Shown piece after piece: positions 61,073 to 64,000 of a stretch of DNA of 64,000 bases (position 1 is its first letter; the number at the start of each line of letters is the position of its first letter). Position numbers and translations under genes: made by a program. Under the pieces are notes generated by a model. That model made no database searches. It was given only the letters and a program-made list of their open reading frames with translations, and was not told where the DNA came from. Source of the stretch: Iphione sp. A-MEVVRFRX5 (lineage: Eukaryota); NCBI GenBank assembly GCA_976226885.1, contig OZ320317.1, forward strand, positions 75,206,001 to 75,270,000, read 5' to 3'.

Positions 61073-61924
61073 ATGACCGATCTGGACGCTTACACGACCT
61101 CCGTCATGAAGGGAGTCAACCTGGCCTGTCAGCATTTCCAACAGGCCGGCGACATGGGTGACGACGTCACCGACTCCTACCACCTGACGTCCCTTGACGC
61201 GTCGTGCCACTTCAGCGTCCTGGAGGACGGATCCATGACGTCATCGCCAGGTTATGAATCCATGGGATACCCTTCTGCACCTATGGCTCCGAGTAGCGAC
61301 GCGCTGAACACGGCTATGACGTCGTGTGGATTGGCTATGACGTCCTGTTCAACTCTGACATCATCGAATCAGGGATATCAGGAGGTCCATGCTATCCCCA
61401 GACCAGAAACGCCCGACCAGACCAATATGACAACGCCATTGTCTTCGCTGCGCACATCTTCCTCCCATTCTGGTGATCTAAACGGTTCTCCGAGTTCGCG
61501 CAAGTCCGACTCGGTCCCGGCCGAGGCAAGCCGCGGGGTGAGTTATGACAGTGTCATGGTGTGGCTGAACCAGCAGTCGTGCGGCGGCACCGTCAAACGG
61601 AAGCGGAAGATCAACAGACGCCAACGTCTGGCGGCGAACATGCGCGAACGGCGCCGGATGGTGTCGATGAACAGCGCGTTCGAAGACCTGAGGAAGACCA
61701 TCCCGACGCTGCCGTACGAAAAGAAACTCTCCCGGATACAAACGCTTCGTCTGGCCATGGACTATATCAATGTCATGACCGAAATCCTCCATAGTCCACA
61801 AGACTCTGTTTCTGCTGCGACCAACTCTGGCCCACCTGGAACATCCTCTCACGGCGGAGCAGTCCCAGCATCACGACTCTCGACGGTGACCCAATCGGGA
61901 CCTGATCACCTCCAGTACTGGTGA
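61073..61924 (+). CDS. Class II bHLH transcription factor, PTF/48-related family (Ptf1a/Fer1-like loop, Fer3-like basic region); 283 aa, single coding exon
   Basis: [65 protein letters not shown]; IPTLPYEK is the Ptf1a/Fer1 loop. ATG in context CAAGATGA; GC-rich island. Confidence 0.95.
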   Translation: MTDLDAYTTSVMKGVNLACQHFQQAGDMGDDVTDSYHLTSLDASCHFSVLEDGSMTSSPGYESMGYPSAPMAPSSDALNTAMTSCGLAMTSCSTLTSSNQGYQEVHAIPRPETPDQTNMTTPLSSLRTSSSHSGDLNGSPSSRKSDSVPAEASRGVSYDSVMVWLNQQSCGGTVKRKRKINRRQRLAANMRERRRMVSMNSAFEDLRKTIPTLPYEKKLSRIQTLRLAMDYINVMTEILHSPQDSVSAATNSGPPGTSSHGGAVPASRLSTVTQSGPDHLQYW

Positions 61925-63468
61925 CGTCGGCCGGTCCTTATAAAATTTGTATTTAAAAAGTAAACAATCAGTATGCCATGACAAATGGCTGTGACCTTAT
62001 ATAAGATATGCGTAAAGTGCATCAGGACACACACAAAATACTAGGGTCGATTTTCAAGCTATTATCCAAGAGACTACTGATAACCAAGGACAGATACACG
62101 TGTGCGTACCTCTCACTTTTGTACATTTATTTTCTCACCCTTGCGGAATGTTTATTTTAAGCGGATAAATGTCTACTCTCAAATGCTTCAGTCATATGTA
62201 GCTCTCAACAAACATCCATTTCCAGTTTTTTTAGACGAACCAATTAGTTGCTGGATTAGGAGAACAAAATGTGATGGATAATGCAACGACCGTCTAGCAA
62301 GGAGTTACACAGACACTTCGCGAGCTGAACGAGGGAGCAAGACGGACAACTGGTGGTTGCCGACCACGTCTCCGAGGCCCTATATTCTACGGATGATAAT
62401 TCTTCCTCCCTCGCAGCCCCGCATTCCACTTTGGTCATTTCATGCTTCCCTCATAGATTCCTATTCAAATCAGATGATTTGTTCCGATTCTATCATTTAT
62501 ATTATATTCTTCCTATACAAGCTCCGTTTTCCACTTCTACCAAGACTTGACGCTTTTGTCTTCCTGCTACGTATTCTTTGAGCTTTGTAATTTCTGGATA
62601 CAAAACTTGGTCATACATAAATGAGCGGTGAGATGGGTGTTCCATTTATGAGCTACCTAATGCAGGTTTATTATATAATTCTACTTGGACAAGTTGCGTA
62701 CCCTGATGACGGGTAAAACCTGCATACACGTACTTCACGAATAACTGATCCATCTCGACTCGGGCTACAGAAAAAAAAACTATGGATTTGTAATCTTTAC
62801 TCAACTGAATTTTCTGAATATCGGGAGATGTCACCGGCAAGACCGAGCAGAGTGGCTTCCTTGTATCTAAAACCCAAGAACGAATTAAGGTTTGTTATAC
62901 GTTGAGTTGACCGTATATTGCAAACTAATTACATAAATTGAATGATTAACATCAGCCTTGATTGGCGGGAAAAATTGGCAAATTTATCAGCCATCCACAT
63001 AGATTGTACTCATGGATATATTAATAGATATGTGAGAGTTCAACAAGAGCCAAGAGCTAACATCGATTTTTCTTCAGTTTTTTTGCTCTAGCTTCAAAGA
63101 ACCCAGTAGTCTGATGTTTAAGAATTTTATACGATTGTAAGGGTGTGCTACCAAATTTTTGTAAAAGTGCACCTGCGTCTTATCGCCTTCACATTCAATT
63201 TACCTACACGTATTCAGAATACTCGAGCAATATCTAAATCCACAAATTTTCAAATTATGTGATACTGCTTCACACTTTATCTATGTGATGTACGTATGAA
63301 CATAACCCTCAATTGTAATGAGGGATATAGCTAATACACGTATTTCAAATATCTGAAGGAGCGCTCATCATGAAACATCAAGTGATATTTTCCGCATTGT
63401 GCTGTCAGTTTCAGGGGTTATTAAGTAAGATCAGAAAGAAAGAGTCAGACATCAATTTAGATAACATT

Positions 63469-63960
63469 TCAAATCAAATCAAATGAAAAATGTTTATTCA
63501 CAAGCTCTTAAACCTAAGCCAGAGGCCTTACAGTGAAGATAGTACGATATGGACGAAAAGAAACGATAATCAAAAATAATGAATCAGTGCAGAAATTTAA
63601 GTTTATGAATTCTCTTTGAGAAATGTCGAATGTTTTCAATTGACTTGATCCTTTGAGGTAGTTTATTCCATTGGATTATCCCAGTATAAAGGTAACTATT
63701 TCACATAATTGCTCTGTGTGGTTTACAAATTTTGATTAATCCAGCTCTTCCATCAGGTGTTCTGCTCGATTTCACCACGGGCAGTTCTTGAATCATTTGA
63801 AGCCTGTGATTTAAAGAAATACATCTTTCATTCATTATTTCTTCCAAACTTGGTATGCCTAGTCGCTGTTTTAATGACAATGATGACAATAGATTTCTGC
63901 TACTTCCCAGGAGAACCCTCTTCAGTGAACTATTAAATTCAATTTGGAGTTCCACTTTGG
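63469..63960 (-). mobile_element. 3' end of a CR1/L2-like LINE
   Basis: ORF 63701-63955 (KQRLGIPSLEE..RC) shifts frame into NSYLYTGIIQWNKLPQRIK; AATAAA then an (ATTTG)3 tail at 63469-63484. Confidence 0.7.
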
Positions 63961-64000
63961 CTTTTTTCGGGGCCCCCTGAAGAAACCGGAGTCCGAATAG

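Noticed and set aside
62703-62735. CCCTGATGACGGGTAAAACCTG hammerhead-like motif
   Set aside because: Stem II is plausible, but the GAAA core and cleavage triplet are missing.
63977-64000. CTGAAGA...CCGAA at the window end
   Set aside because: Stem II would need a 1-nt loop and the sequence is truncated; cannot be evaluated.

Overview
Eukaryotic (animal) genomic DNA: AT-rich, repeat-rich, with TTAGGG-type telomeric motifs; most consistent with a marine invertebrate such as a lophotrochozoan (taxon is inference). Four host genes are supported, each with its coding sequence in one exon: two PTF/48-related (Fer3/Ptf1a-like) bHLH transcription factors on + at opposite ends (2784-3368, 61073-61924), and between them two paralogous GT31 beta-1,3-glycosyltransferases on - (19847-20905, 29939-31087). 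A complete pogo/Tigger DNA transposon (53998-56730; 23-bp TIRs, TA TSD, intact DD30D transposase) is present. The rest holds many MITEs (Tigger-, Harbinger- and hAT-like), a decayed Penelope-like element with a hammerhead-ribozyme-like relic, LINE 3' ends, an interstitial telomeric repeat and micro/minisatellites. No CRISPR, rRNA or credible tRNA. Best leads: (i) the transposon's almost CpG-free ORF next to a CpG-dense 73-bp minisatellite built on its own TIR core; (ii) both GT31 paralogs share a non-canonical R-[TS]-A-D-D motif in place of K-x-D-x-D; (iii) the bHLH pair carries different Trp motifs and dense exonic TGACGTCA palindromes; (iv) the hammerhead relic. No clearly new multi-gene system is demonstrated. 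All counts and alignments were done by eye and need computational confirmation.
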